Positions 13,969 through 26,500 of a DNA stretch of 64,000 nucleotides are shown here, piece by piece; the stretch's first letter is position 1, and each line of letters opens with the position of its first letter. The stretch is from Malacoraja senta (lineage: Eukaryota), in the NCBI GenBank assembly GCA_038087875.1, contig CM075978.1, positions 24,986,001-25,050,000 of the forward strand. The letters run 5' to 3'. The translations under genes were made by a program, and so were the position numbers. The notes below the pieces were generated by a model. The model searched no databases, was not told the DNA's origin, and worked only from the letters and a program-made list of their open reading frames with translations.

Positions 13969-15528
13969 TTTTTTTTTATTTTTTTTTTTAAATAATTTTT
14001 TTAATAGAAGTACGGTAGATTACAGTAATGTACAACACGTATATATTAATACATTTTTTGTACCGCTTCACTTTTTTAAACTTTAAGAAAGAAAAAGAAA
14101 GAAGTAAGAAAAGTGAAGAAAGTGCGCAAAGGTTGTGAAGTGCAAAAGAGTGTTGGGAAAAGAAAGCCCCTTAGAAAAGAAGTTAGAGAAGGAAGTAAAG
14201 TTAGAAAATAGACCCTAGAAAAGAAAGAGAAAGAAAGAAGGAACAATCGCTCTATTATAACTCTTATAACATACTTCATAGAGAAGGAACTACCAACCAA
14301 GTCTGTTTTTGTTTTACCTCCCATTACCAGGTCCAGATACCTTTTATTTATTTATTTGTTTTTCTAAATTACTATTGCACCTCATGCTTGTAATAGGTCC
14401 AAAAACGTAGACCACGTCTTTTGAAATTGGTCTACTTTGCCTACTAGGAGGAATCTCATCTCTTCCAGATGTAATGTTTCCAACATATTTGATGTCCACA
14501 TTTTTATTGTTGGTGTGGGCGCATTTTTCCAGAATTTAAGTATAAGCTTTTTTCCCATTATTAGCCCATAATTGAGTAAATTCTTCTGATACACGTTTAA
14601 TTCAGGAATACCTTCCGATATTCCAAAAATAATCCATTCTGGTTTTGGTACCAGTTTTATTTTGATTAATTTTGAAAAAATATCAAATATTTCAAACCAG
14701 AATTTTTGGATTTTTGTACAAAAAACAAAAGAATGTGCTATGGTAGCTTCTTGACATATACATTTATCACAGATTGGTGAGACGTTAGGAAAGATTTTAT
14801 TTAGTTTGGTTTTTGAATAATATAATCTATGTAATGTTTTAAATTGGATAAGCGTATGTCGTACGTTGATCGAACATTTATGCACCTGTAATAAATGATT
14901 ATCCCAACTCTCTTTTGAAATTTTTATACCTAAATCTTGTTCCCAATCTCTTCTAATTCCATCTGTTGTGGGTATTTCTATGTTTAAGATGATATTATAT
15001 AAGTATGATATTAAATTAACTGATTCCGCCTTTATCTTCATTGCTTCATCTAGTAAGTCGGAAGGCATATTATAATAATCTTTTGTGTGTGTTTTCAAAT
15101 AGTCACAGATTTGTAGATATTTAAAATATTGATTATTTTTCAAATTATATTTCAGTTGTAGTTGTTGAAATGATAGTAATTTTTCTAATTCATACAGATC
15201 TTCGAGCGTTTTGATTCCCATTCTTTCCCATTGTATAAATGATTTATCTATGATTGAAGGTTTAAACGATGGGTTATTGACTATTGGTATTAAGAGAGAT
15301 AGGTTTCTTAATTTTAGATTCTGTTTTATTTGCTTCCATGTTCTAATAGTGCTATATATAATTGGATTTTTATTATAATTTTTATTATTCAAATTTATTG
15401 GAGAGAGAATAATCGCTCCTATATTATTCGGGGAGCAATCCCCTTTTTCCATTATAATCCAGTCCACCTGCTGGGCAGAATTGTCCAGCAGGTGAATCAT
15501 ATTTTTAATATTTACTGCCCAGTTATAA
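13969..15528 (-). mobile_element. 5'-truncated L1/Tx1-clade LINE, related family, intact frame
   Basis: ORF 14382-15528 is homologous to the element at 11653-13601 (QFKTLHRLYYSK, CDKC...AHSFVFC). Poly(A) tail at about 13969-14000. 18-bp TSD TGGTTTGGGAATATTACT at 13951-13968 and 15529-15546. Confidence 0.93.
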
Positions 15529-15699
15529 TGGTTTGGGAATATTACTAATATGAATTTTTTAACCCTTACACACTCAGCTCCCATAATTTCTATTTTTGCA
15601 AAGGGGTGAAATTTGGTACAATTCGGCCTCTCACATGTGTTGCTAAAGCACGGAGCCAAGGTCCCACAAAACCAAGCCAATTGCTTTAACTCCACTTTG

Positions 15700-15937
15700 A
15701 TGGGCCAGAGATTCCTGGGAATCAGTAATGTTACATTTGTTTAAGGGATGTTTTAAGCATACTGTTGAATCTCTTCCTCTGTCTACCTATAACGCTTTTC
15801 TCGTGACAGAGTATCTGTATTTTGGAGCCAGGTGTCAGCCATGTAAATGATGTGACCTCCTTAACACAGCCGACTATTATAATTAGGGCCATGGTGCTGA
15901 GGATGTTGCTCCATGAGATGGCACTGACATTGGTTTG
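15700..15937 (-). mobile_element. Old RTE-clade LINE fragment
   Basis: Minus strand ACCAATGTCAGTG...CAACATCCTCAGCA...GGTCACATCATT..CATGGCTGACACC...CAGAGGAAGAGATTCAA...GGAATCTCTGGCCCA resembles the RTE ORF C-terminal region. Heavily decayed. Confidence 0.55.
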
Positions 15938-18149
15938 TTCATTCCATTACTAGGTCACCTGTAAAACATGTTTCCACAAATGACTCAACTCTATGTTTTT
16001 GCAATATTAATAGCATGGGGAATAACCATTTTGCATTAATTATTACTTTTAAGAATATGTCTTTGTCAGTACGAGAATTAATTTGAAATTTAAATCTGAA
16101 TGGCAACAATGAAAGAGACAAGCCAGAAACTGTTAAGGCCTATAAAGGTAGAGAGCGTTGAAGAGAAAAACACCACGACATTTCGGCTGCAAATGTGAAT
16201 TGACTAATAAGGCTTTAAAGAGATTTAAAATATTTATATTTTAAGTTTATCGTCTGTCTGCACATCATCATTTTCTAATATGAGAAAGCCTCAAAGAACT
16301 ATCGATGCCGTGAGGAGAATGTTATCAAAAGAGTGTTTGGGAAGATATGTGTTTTTGTAAATGCAGAAGCTGTCTCCTTACTATGAACAGCCATTCCCTT
16401 TTATTCCATTTTTTAAAAAGAACTGTCAAGGGTTGACACAAATGTAGAAGCTGATTAGTCTGAACTATTCATTTTTCATATAAAAAATTTAGTTGCCCTA
16501 TTTTCCCTCCTGTTTTAATATTTGGTGATTCTTATAAAATGTCTGTCATATCGTAAATTGTTATTACTCACTATATCACATTTATAGTAATGTTAATAAT
16601 ACCCTATATATTAATATCCCATTCCTCTTTTGTAAAGTATGTATTTACCCTGAGATGAAGGTTTCATTTTTAAATGAGAAAAGAAGTATGATTTATGTGT
16701 AAAATTTGAAATTTGTAAAAAAATGTCTACTGTTTAAATTAAATGAGTTAACATTAACAAAGCTAAGGTTCAACATGAGTGCCACAACTTCTAGTTTAAT
16801 GACACTGTATAAACGCTTACTGTTTACATGGAAAATCTTTGAACTTGATTTTGTCATTTGTAGTCAAGTCTTTAGAATCTAGTCGATGGACAGCTCAGGT
16901 GAGTTTAGCTATTGTGTTGGTCCAATTTGGAATGAGATTTGAAAATATTTACTTAGATATACTGGAAATAATTTACATATCTGATTTAAAATAAGGTGGG
17001 TGAGAAAACAAAGATTTAAGCAAGATTTCAACAAAAATAACGTTAATATCTCATTGAGCAAGAAGAAAACCAACCAGCTGTAGCTATGTATAATAGCCGT
17101 AATGTCTATAGTTCTTCCACAGACTCTGTAGAATTAACATTATAAGAAATATATAAAATTTATTTAAACTGTACCACCATTTTAAACCTTAGAAAATATT
17201 ATATTTTTTCTAACAGATTTCTGACTAAACCCATAATTACTTAATTCAGCAACAGTCAGAATTCCCCTTCCCCCAACTTTGTTTTGAGATTCTAAGAGTC
17301 CGGGAGAGAATGCTGTGTTCCATGGAGTTTTTGATTTCTTAATCTGTCAGAGTCTTCTCCAACATGACAGGTTGAATGATCATTTTGACATTCACGAATA
17401 TCTAAATGGCATATTACTTATGAATTTGCAAAGCTTAATTTTATCAAATGATGATTCCGTGGTAAATAAATTACATTTAGTTGCATTTTTTTGTATGTGT
17501 TTAAGTTTAATCTTTCTGCATTAAAATTCAAAAACACCAAGTACAGTGTCCAAGAAAGATATGGACAATTCTATTGTTTAATTCCATGAATGACATCCTG
17601 TAGGAAGAAATGTGCCTGGAAGTCACAAGGTCCCTTGAATTAATATAGACGTGGCCTATTGTTTGGCTTTCTCATTTGTAAGATAAAATTCATTGATGGC
17701 AGCGTCACTGCCATGAAGTTGTGCATAGCTCAGACAGCAAAGGAACCGAGATCAGCATTTAATTCCGCATCCAAATTTTGCAGCTAATGACTCAATGTTC
17801 ACCACATCCCTGGAATAAAAGCTGGAAACACTCCACAGGTCAAGCAACATCTCTGGGAGAAAAAAAATGTTAACGTTTCAGGTCCAAGAACTTGAAACTG
17901 TGTGCTGTAGTTTGAGACTCTCCTACTTGCAGAAATATCTCAACATTTACCCTGTCAATCCTCATACCTAATACTTACTATAAGCCCTTCCCTCTCAACA
18001 TGTCATTTCTACTGACATACAAGCTATAGATGGCAGGAAGCAACTCTGATTTTACTCCATTCTAGTCACTATTTTTAGTTAAGTTTGCTTTATTTTTGTC
18101 ACATACCAAAATGCAGTGATCGATTTGTTTTGCGTGGTATCCAATCAAA

Positions 18150-19112
18150 TCTCTATAATACTAAAACTCTTCCTATTGTTCGTGTTTGTGCCGACGTTGT
18201 GTCAATCTGTTTTTCCTATCTTCTTCCAAATGCTAGGCCACAATCTTCCCATTTTCACATATCCTACTCAAGCTGGAGTGACAGCCGAGCCCAGGGCTTG
18301 GGATGGGGCCATGACCGGGGTCGAGAAAGAAGCCGCCGCTGGAACCAAGGACGAGCCTGGGTCCGGGGTCAGGGATGAGCTTGGAGATGAAGTCGGTGCC
18401 TGCACTGGAGCCCAGGCTGTGGCCAAGCTGACAGCTGGAGTCTACAGCCAGGGTACTAGGCCTGGCGCTGCTCTACTACCTGGGTAGGTCCTGGGGCAGG
18501 GAATGGGAGTGAGGGGAGGAGGAGGAGGTAAATGAGGAGGAGGGAGATGGGGAGGGGAGTGGGTGGTAGAGGGAGATGGGGGGGGTTGTGTGGAGGAGGA
18601 AGATGGTGGGTGGAGGAGGGAGATGCCCCCTCCCTATCTACCCTCACTCCCACCCTCTCTACCCCATCCTTCTCTAACCCCCTCCCTCTCCCTCCCTCGC
18701 CCTCTCCCTCTCTACCCTCCCTCCCCCCCACTCTACTCCCTCCCTCTACCCCATCCCTCTCTCTCTCAACCCCCCTCACTCTCTGCCCCTCTCCCTCTCT
18801 ACCCCCTCCCCTCCCTCTATCCTCCCTCTCTACTCCCCTCCCCTCTCTCTCCCTCTTACCCCCTCCCCCTCCCTCTCTACCACCGCTCCCTCTCTACCAC
18901 CCCTTCCTCTCTACCCCACCCCTCTATCTCTAGGGATTGGAGGGAGGGTGAAGAGGAGGAGGAGGAGGGAGTGCTGGGGGATGAGGAGAAATGAGCCACA
19001 CCTGCACAGTTGGGGGCTATGCGTGAGTGGTGGAATATTGCGTTGGGGGAACGGGTGAGTGGTGGAATCTTGCATTGCGGGAGCAGACCCAACGGGTCTG
19101 CACTTGGTCTAG
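18150..19112 (+). mobile_element. Non-autonomous Helitron
   Basis: 5' A|TCTCTATAATACTAAAA. 3' hairpin GCAGACCC-AAC-GGGTCTGC (19083-19101), then CTAG (19109-19112)|T. It sits between A and T with no TSD. Confidence 0.72.
18495..18990. repeat. Purine/pyrimidine low-complexity tract (G-rich, then (CCCTCTCTA)-like C-rich, then G-rich)
   Basis: Directly visible. It explains the Pro/Ser/Leu- and Gly/Glu/Arg-rich chance ORFs here. Confidence 0.9.
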
Positions 19113-19584
19113 TTATACATAAAACTGTACAATCATACATGTTTAAGAGTGGAATGATTGTAGTCGATAATGGTAGATCCTCTCGTGAGGCAGTAAACAA
19201 AGTCACCAGACTTCGGCGCCATCTTACATCTTTCAAGTCTCTGACCTTGGCCGAAGGAAATAATGCAATTTCTTATCTTCTCACTCAAGAGGCCCAATGT
19301 CCTGGATCGATGACCTTGGGGTCAGCCTGGCCCAGTGCAATAGATGCCATCAGTTACTTTTACGACTACCACCAGTCTGTGCAGCTGCCGCAGGTTGCAC
19401 TCGTTTCCCTCATTCATCCAACTGCTGTAGGGTCTTCTTTTTTCCTCCTTTTAGACTCAAACATTGCAACCTCTCCAGGAAGTCATAGGAGAGCAGAAAG
19501 AGTGTGATGATAAATAAAATTGTCACTCCATTTAACACAAGGACAGCAGCATGGATACTAGACAGTGTGTAAATGAGAGGTTAC

Positions 19585-19915
19585 CTAGAACACTATAGCA
19601 CAGCAAGAGGGCCTTCGAGCAATAATGTTTGTTCCAAATATGATGCCGTGTTAAACTAATCTTCTTTGCCTGCACCTTATCCATATCCCTCCATTTCCTG
19701 CATATTGCTTGGCCTATCTAAACGTCTCTTACGCTCCACTATTGTATTTGCCTCCATAACCACCCATAGCAGTACGGTCCAGGCACCCACCACCCTCTGC
19801 ATAATAAAAAGACTTGCCCCGTTCATTTCTTTTAAACCTTGCCTCCCTCACCCTGAAGCTAACTCTCTAGTCCTTGGCATTTCCAGCTTGGGAAAGGTTC
19901 TGACTGTCTACCCTT
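19585..19915 (-). mobile_element. CR1 LINE 3' fragment, degenerate
   Basis: GGCCTTCG...CCATATCCCTCCATT.CCTGCATATT...CCAGGCACCCACCACCCTCTG...CTGACTGTCTACCCT is the reverse complement of a CR1 end. Confidence 0.75.
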
Positions 19916-20531
19916 AGTTTAATGGCAGTTTTTGCATTGGTGGGACAATAGGGTTTGAGTTACTACAAGTAATGCAAGGGAAAAGAGCCATGCAATTGGC
20001 AACTCCAAAAAGGGGCAAAGTATTACTTGGGTTTGACTGCAGATGACTCAGCTGATTGACATTCTCAACAAAATGTTTCATCTCTGGAGAACAATGAAAG
20101 ATTATGTTTTCGGTCACACCTGAGTCTGAAGGAGGTTAGGTCATTTCCACTAGAATGCCATGTTTGATAGCCAATGCCTCAGCTTTGGATGCAACTCCCT
20201 ACTGAGGCTCTGCAATATAGGGGTTCCGCAATGAAAGCCCAGGATTGTGCCCTGAAAGCTCAGAGAGTGAGCATCATGAACCTAGATATCATTGGAGGCA
20301 TTAGGATATATCTGCCTGTCCCACAGTTTGCTCTCTCACATAAGGATAGACAAGGTTTCACCTGTGGGAGCTGTAGTGGCTCCAGGAAGCACAAACATGC
20401 TGTCCATCCTCAGGAGGCACACAGCCGCGGTTCCAGTGCCACTCAGTTAATAAGCCGCGTAGATGAGAGCAAATAGCGAGGGCAATTCTTGAATTTGCCT
20501 TTGACATTGTCATTTGATTGCTCAGGAGTCG

Positions 20532-21241
20532 TAGAAACATAGAAACATAGAAAATAGGTTATAGAAAACAGGTGTAAGCCATTCGGCCCTTCGAGCCATT
20601 CTATATGATCATGCAAAATCTGTACCCCGTTCCTGCTTTCTCCCCATATCCCTTGATTCCGTTAGCCCTAAGAGCTATATCTAACTCTCTCTTGAAAACA
20701 TCCAATAAATTGGCCTCCGCTGCCTTCTGTGGCAGAGAATTCCACAGATTCACAACTCTCTGGGTGAAAATGTTTTTCCTCATCTCAGTCCTAAATGGCC
20801 TACCCTTTATTCTTAAACTGTGACCCCCGGTTCTGGACTTCCCCAACATCGGGAAATTTGTTCCTGCATCTAGACTGTCCAATCTCTTAAGAATGTTATA
20901 TATTTCTATAAGATCCCCTTTCATCCTTCTAAATTCCAGTGAATATAAGCCCATTTCATCATATGTCTGAAGAAGGGTTTCGGCCTGAAACGTTGCCTAT
21001 TTCCTTCGCTCCATAGATGCTGCTGCACCCGCTGAGTTTCTCCAGCATTTTTGTGTACCTTCATCATATGTCAGTCCTGCCATCCCGGGAATAAACCTGG
21101 TGCACTCCCTCAATAGCAAGAATGTCCTTCCTGAATTTGGGAGACCAAAACTGCACACAATACTCCAGGTGCGGTCTCATCAGAGCCCTGTACAACTGAA
21201 GTAGGACCTCCTTGCTCCTATACTCAAAACCTATCCCTATG
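20532..21241 (-). mobile_element. CR1 LINE 3' fragment (duplicate at 22176-22885)
   Basis: ORF LGLYSLEFRRMKGDLIEIY...FTQRVVNLWNSLP and an (AGAAACAT)n tail. It is interrupted by a Penelope-derived unit. Confidence 0.9.
20968..21059 (+). mobile_element. Penelope-derived ~95-bp unit (duplicate at 22612-22703)
   Basis: Begins at (C)TGAAGAAGGGTTTCGGCCTGAAACGTT. Flanked by the direct repeat TTCATCATATGTC (20955-20967 and 21060-21072) inside CR1 sequence. Confidence 0.85.
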
Positions 21242-23163
21242 AGTCTATCTGAGGGTCTCTGCCAACTGTCTCCACAGCTGCAGGATCATTTTAAACCACC
21301 TCCCTCTGGAAAAAGTCATTTTATTTCTTCTGGAGAAAAACAAATGGAGGTTTGACAAGTAGGCCAGACTGCATCAATTGTAACCTTGGTCCAACCTCCT
21401 TTGTACACTTTAAACCATTCACAGCATGTGGGTCGTACTGTCATGTGCATTCACAGTTGGCTTTGAGAAAGAGTCGATGGGCCATCTCCTTGAACAATTG
21501 CAATTCATGTCATCACTCAGGGGTAGGGAGACATCATTAAGTTGGACAGGGTACAGATGAGATTCACCAGGACTTGACTTGGGTTTGCAGGCTTGAGTTA
21601 TAGGAGGGGTTGGATAGGCTAGGACCTTTTTCTTTGGAGCATAGGAGGCTAAGGAGTGACCCTTTTGAGGTGTACAAGATCATGAAGGTGGAGGATTATA
21701 ATACTGGAGGTTATAGGCTTAAGGGAAGAGATTTAATAGAGACCTCAAAGGCCTTTTCACTCGGAGGGTAGTCCGTATCTGGAATGAGCTGCCAGAGGAA
21801 GGTATAGAAGCTGATACAGTTATGACTTTGTAAGACATTTGGACAAATATATGGATAGGAAGGGTCTAGGAGGATATGGGCCAAATACAGGCAAATGAGA
21901 AGCTCAGAGAGTGAGCATCATGAACCTAGATATCATTGGAGGCATTAGGATATATCTGCCTGTCCCACAGTTTGCTCTCTCACATAAGGATAGACAAGGT
22001 TTCACCTGTGGGAGCTGTAGTGGCTCCAGGAAGCACAAACATGCTGTCCATCCTCAGGAGGCACACAGCCGCGGTTCCAGTGCCACTCAGTTAATAAGCC
22101 GCGTAGCTGAGAGCAAATAGCGAGGGCAATTCTTGAATTTGCCTTTGACATTGTCATTTGATTGCTCAGGAGTCGTAGAAACATAGAAACATAGAAAATA
22201 GGTTATAGAAAACAGGTGTAAGCCATTCGGCCCTTCGAGCCATTCTATATGATCATGCAAAATCAGTACCCCGTTCCTGCTTTCTCCCCATATCCCTTGA
22301 TTCCGTTAGCCCTAAGAGCTATATCTAACTCTCTCTTGAAAACATCCAATAAATTGGCCTCCGCTGCCTTCTGTGGCAGAGAATTCCACAGATTCACAAC
22401 TCTCTGGGTTAAAATGTTTTTCCTCATCTCAGTCCTAAATGGCCTACCCTTTATTCTTAAACTGTGACCCCCGGTTCTGGACTTCCCCAACATCAGGAAA
22501 TTTGTTCCTGCATCTAGACTGTCCAATCTCTTAAGAATGTTATATATTTCTATAAGATCCCCTTTCATCCTTCTAAATTCCAGTGAATATAAGCCCATTT
22601 CATCATATGTCTGAAGAAGGGTTTCGGCCTGAAATGTTGCCTATTTCCTTCGCTCCATAGATGGTGCTGCACCCGCTGAGTTTCTCCAGCATTTTTGTGT
22701 ACCTTCATCATATGTCAGTCCTGCCATCCCGGGAATAAACCTGGTGCACTCCCTCAATAGCAAGAATGTCCTTCCTGAATTTGGGAGACCAAAACTGCAC
22801 ACAATACTCCAGGTGCGGTCTCATCAGAGCCCTGTACAACTGAAGTAGGACCTCCTTGCTCCTATACTCAAAACCTATCCCTATGAGTCTATCTGAGGGT
22901 CTCTGCCAACTGTCTCCACAGCTGCAGGATCATTTTAAACCACCTCCCTCTGGAAAAAGTCATTTTATTTCTTCTGGAGAAAAACAAATGGAGGTTTGAC
23001 AAGTAGGCCAGACTGCATCAATTGTAACCTTGGTCCAACCACCTTTGTACACTTTAAACCATTCACAGCATGTGGGTCGTACTGTCATGTGCATTCACAG
23101 TTGGCTTTGAGAAAGAGTCGATGGGCCATCTCCTTGAACAATTGCAATTCATGTCATCACTCA

Positions 23164-23620
23164 GGGGTAGGGAGACATCATTAAGTTGGACAGGGTACAG
23201 ATGAGATTCACCAGGACTTGACTTGGGTTTGCAGGCTTGAGTTATAGGAGGGGTTGGATAGGCTAGGACCTTTTTCTTTGGAGCATAGGAGGCTAAGGAG
23301 TGACCCTTTTGAGGTGTACAAGATCATGAAGGTGGAGGATTATAATACTGGAGGTTATAGGCTTAAGGGAAGAGATTTAATAGAGACCTCAAAGACCTTT
23401 TCACTCGGAGGGTAGTCCGTATCTGGAATGAGCTGCCAGAGGAAGGTATAGAAGCTGATACAGTTATGACTTTGTAAGACATTTGGACAAATATATGGAT
23501 AGGAAGGGTCTAGGAGGATATGGGCCAAATACAGGCAAATGAGACTAGCCCAGTATACCAAGTTGGTCAGTATGAACAACGAGGACTGAAGGCCTGTTTC
23601 CATGCTCTAAAGCTCTATAA
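23164..23620 (+). mobile_element. CR1 LINE 3' fragment (truncated duplicate at 21520-21900)
   Basis: AGGGTACAGA.GAGATTCACCAGGA...AGGAGGCTAAGGAGTGACC...GGAATGAGCTGCCAGAGGA...GAAGGCCTGTTTCCATGCT tail. Confidence 0.85.
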
Positions 23621-23994
23621 TGGTATGTGGTGAACTTGCATTAACCACTTAATTCAGAATAGGTTGTGGTTTGGAAGGGGAATTGTGGGTGGTGGTTCTC
23701 CCATGTACTCACTGCACTTCCTACAATGCTAGTGATTGCAGTGCAGTGCATGGTCCATGAAACATTGGCAAGTTTCCTCAGTTGATCCTGTAGGTGGCAC
23801 ATGTGAATCTGATGCACTGTGGTGAATAATTCGGGAATATGTGGACCCAGATGCTGGAATCAGAAACAAAACAGAAATGCTAATTTTGAAGACCAAAAGA
23901 ACAGAGGCACGGTTCTCAGAAAAGGCAATTGACTGCCACGAGCATTCCATGAACTCTCCTCCCATCTTGGAAATGCCCTAAAATTCAATGATTA

Positions 23995-24582
23995 TCTAGG
24001 TGGAGGAAGGGGGAGGGGGAGGGGAGGGGGAGTAAGTGGAAGTTACGTAAAATTAGAGAATTCAATGTTCATACTGCTAGGTTGAAAGCTGCCCAAGTGA
24101 AATATGAGGTGCTGCTCTTCCAATTTGCTTGTGCCCTCACTCGGGGAATGGAGGAGGCTAAGGATGGAAAGGTCAATATTGGAATGAGAATTTCAAGTTG
24201 TAAGTAACTTTTACTAATTAGAAGTAACTTCTACTTACACTCCCCTCTCCCCCACCCTTGCCACCTTCCTCCACCCTAGCTTTTTTCCTAGTTCCACAGT
24301 TCTGCATGGTGTTTCTCTCTTGAGATCACACTTTCCCTAGTCAACAATGGGCCAATCAGGGCACCGCCCTGCATAAGGGCATTTGTGGCCAGCTCTGATT
24401 GGTCGTGGACTCTTCTCTCCTCCAGCTCTTTACCCCATCTCCCCCCACTTTCATTCTGAAGAATGGTCCCGACCCAAAACATCGCCCATCCTTTTGCTCC
24501 AGAGATGCTGCCTGACTCGCTGAGTTGCTCCTGCACTTTGTGTATATCTTTGGTATAAACCAGCACCTGCAGTTCTTTGTTT
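23995..24582. mobile_element. Penelope-like element remnant with internally inverted structure
   Basis: Minus strand 24174-24043 encodes DLSILSLLHSPSEGTSKLEEQHLIFHLGSFQPSSMNIEFSNFT*, a GIY-YIG C-terminus. The plus strand from about 24187 carries the 3' UTR, a decayed core CTGAAGAATGGTCCCGACCCAAAACATC and the terminal unit. Confidence 0.8.
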
Positions 24583-24867
24583 CTGACACAAAACATTAAC
24601 TGGTTGCACTTTCTGCAGATGCTGCTTGACTGGCTGAGATCTTCCAAGATTATTTTTTTATTTCAGGCACAAGTTGGATTCCAGCTAAGTCATCTATTTT
24701 TCCCGGAATTCATTTGCACCTATTGTATCTTCTTGGATCTGCTTTCAAGCAAGAAATTGATGGATATTTTGTGATGCAACTGACTTATGCCTTGTTGATC
24801 GTGGAAAATGTTTAAGGTGTCAATAGGTGAATCACTCGCGATAGAAAACTTGGCTTCTAACTTATCC

Positions 24868-25289
24868 AGGAGCGGAAAAGGATGCAGAAAGTTGTAACCA
24901 CTGTCCAGTCCATCATCGGCTCTGACCTCCCCACCATCGAAGGGATCTATCGCAGTCGCTGCCTCAAAAAGGCAGCCAACATCATCAAGGACCCACACCA
25001 TCCTGGCCACACACTCATCTCGCTGCTACCATCGGGCAGAAGGTACAAGAGCCTGAAATCTGTTACATCCAGGTTCAGGAACAGCTCCTTCCCCACAGCC
25101 ACCAGGCTATTAAACTCGCCAACAAACAGACTCTGAACTAACAGCCTATTGCACTTTATCTGCTTATTTATGGGTATATTGAACTGAACTGTTCTGTATT
25201 TTTGTTTACAATACTCTGTTGTGCTGCAGCAAGCAAGAATTTCATTGTCCTGTCTGGGACGCATGACAATAAACTCTCTTGACTTGACT
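24868..25289 (+). mobile_element. Rex1/Babar LINE 3' fragment
   Basis: ORF MQKVVTTVQSIIGSDLPTIEGIYRSRCLKKAANIIKDPHHPGHTLISLLPSGRRYKSL...RFRNSSFPTATRLLN, and a CAATAAA-(CTTGA)n tail. Confidence 0.88.
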
Positions 25290-26500
25290 ATGACCAATCC
25301 CGTCAAATTTCTAATCGGTACACTGCTGTTGAATTCAACAACAATGATGCCGATGAAGTTCAAGTGAGAGTAATTAGTCTCTAATGGTGGAGTTTGTGTG
25401 CCAAAACTTGCTTATGACTTTTCAGCTTGTCTCTGAACAATGTTCTCATCCTCCTGTATGTCAGAACAAACTGTTTTACAATCTGAGCAGACTTAGAATT
25501 CAACTTCATAACAGAATAGAAATAACAATTGATGTCATCAATGGTCAATGCTTCATTTTATGTTTTAGTGTCATATTTGTGTACCAAGAAGAATATTACA
25601 ACTTACATCCTTTATCTATCTTCAATCAGAACAAGGGTCTGTTCATTGTTGTCTGTTGTCAAATGTCGTCTGTTCATTCCCGCCACAGATGCAGCCTGTA
25701 CCATTGTTCCTCCGTCAGTCATTTATCTATCCACATGTGTACAGAGTACATTTGCTATGTTATATGTCACCCTCTTCCCTGTGGAAAGTTTGGAGCGGTA
25801 TATAGTTTTTAATTGAGCGCCAGAGTTTGTTACGTAGTGCTAAATTCTGTACTGTACAATTCAACATTTACAGAATTCCATTCTCTTAATATTTTGCTTG
25901 TTTGAAATCATCAGCATCATCTTAATCCACCACTCATTGTTTTGTATAATTTACACAGTCATTGTGTCAATGTAGGCTGGTAGTACTGAATTGTTCTCTG
26001 GGCAAGATAGCATTCTAAGCATCCCGGAGCTAAACATTGTTAATACGGTTTGATATAGTTGAATATGATGAGCTGCCAGTGTGGCCTTAAAAGCTTCTTA
26101 AAATGGTATGGTTTGAGTTGCTCCCTGTTCATAAATGCCATCTTTGTTTCCTATCAATATGTCTGATACTCAGACTGAGATTCAAAACACACTGTGTGAT
26201 TAATTGTAAATAAAAGGCTTTCAAACTTCAAGATAATTTATTAGTGTCATATGTACATTTTTCAATCTCACAATAAATTCTTTAAACTTTTATTGTTAGA
26301 TTAAAGATTAATACCACAGCGACATGGTTATTTTTTCAATAAAATCACTAATTAAAAGGACAATTTACAAACACTTGGCAATATTTGTGCCAACTAGAAT
26401 TATTAAAGAAAATTATTGAAGAATTCTCTTCACACATCAAGGTTGTTGTTACAATGAACAGAAGGCATAATTTAATTTAAGGCAGCTATGTTTTATGGCA

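Larger units (their letters stand above)
20257..23544. repeat. Tandem duplication, 2 x 1644 bp (20257-21900 and 21901-23544)
   Basis: ORF pairs are offset by exactly 1644 (20358/22002, 20605/22249, 21352/22996). About eight substitutions and no indels were seen by eye. Confidence 0.97.

Noticed and set aside
18456-19236. Overlapping Pro-rich and Gly/Glu-rich ORFs of 107-143 aa
   Set aside because: They are translations of the low-complexity purine/pyrimidine tract inside the Helitron.
19010-19507. 165-aa ORF
   Set aside because: It crosses the Helitron 3' end into unrelated sequence and has no recognisable domain or splice structure.
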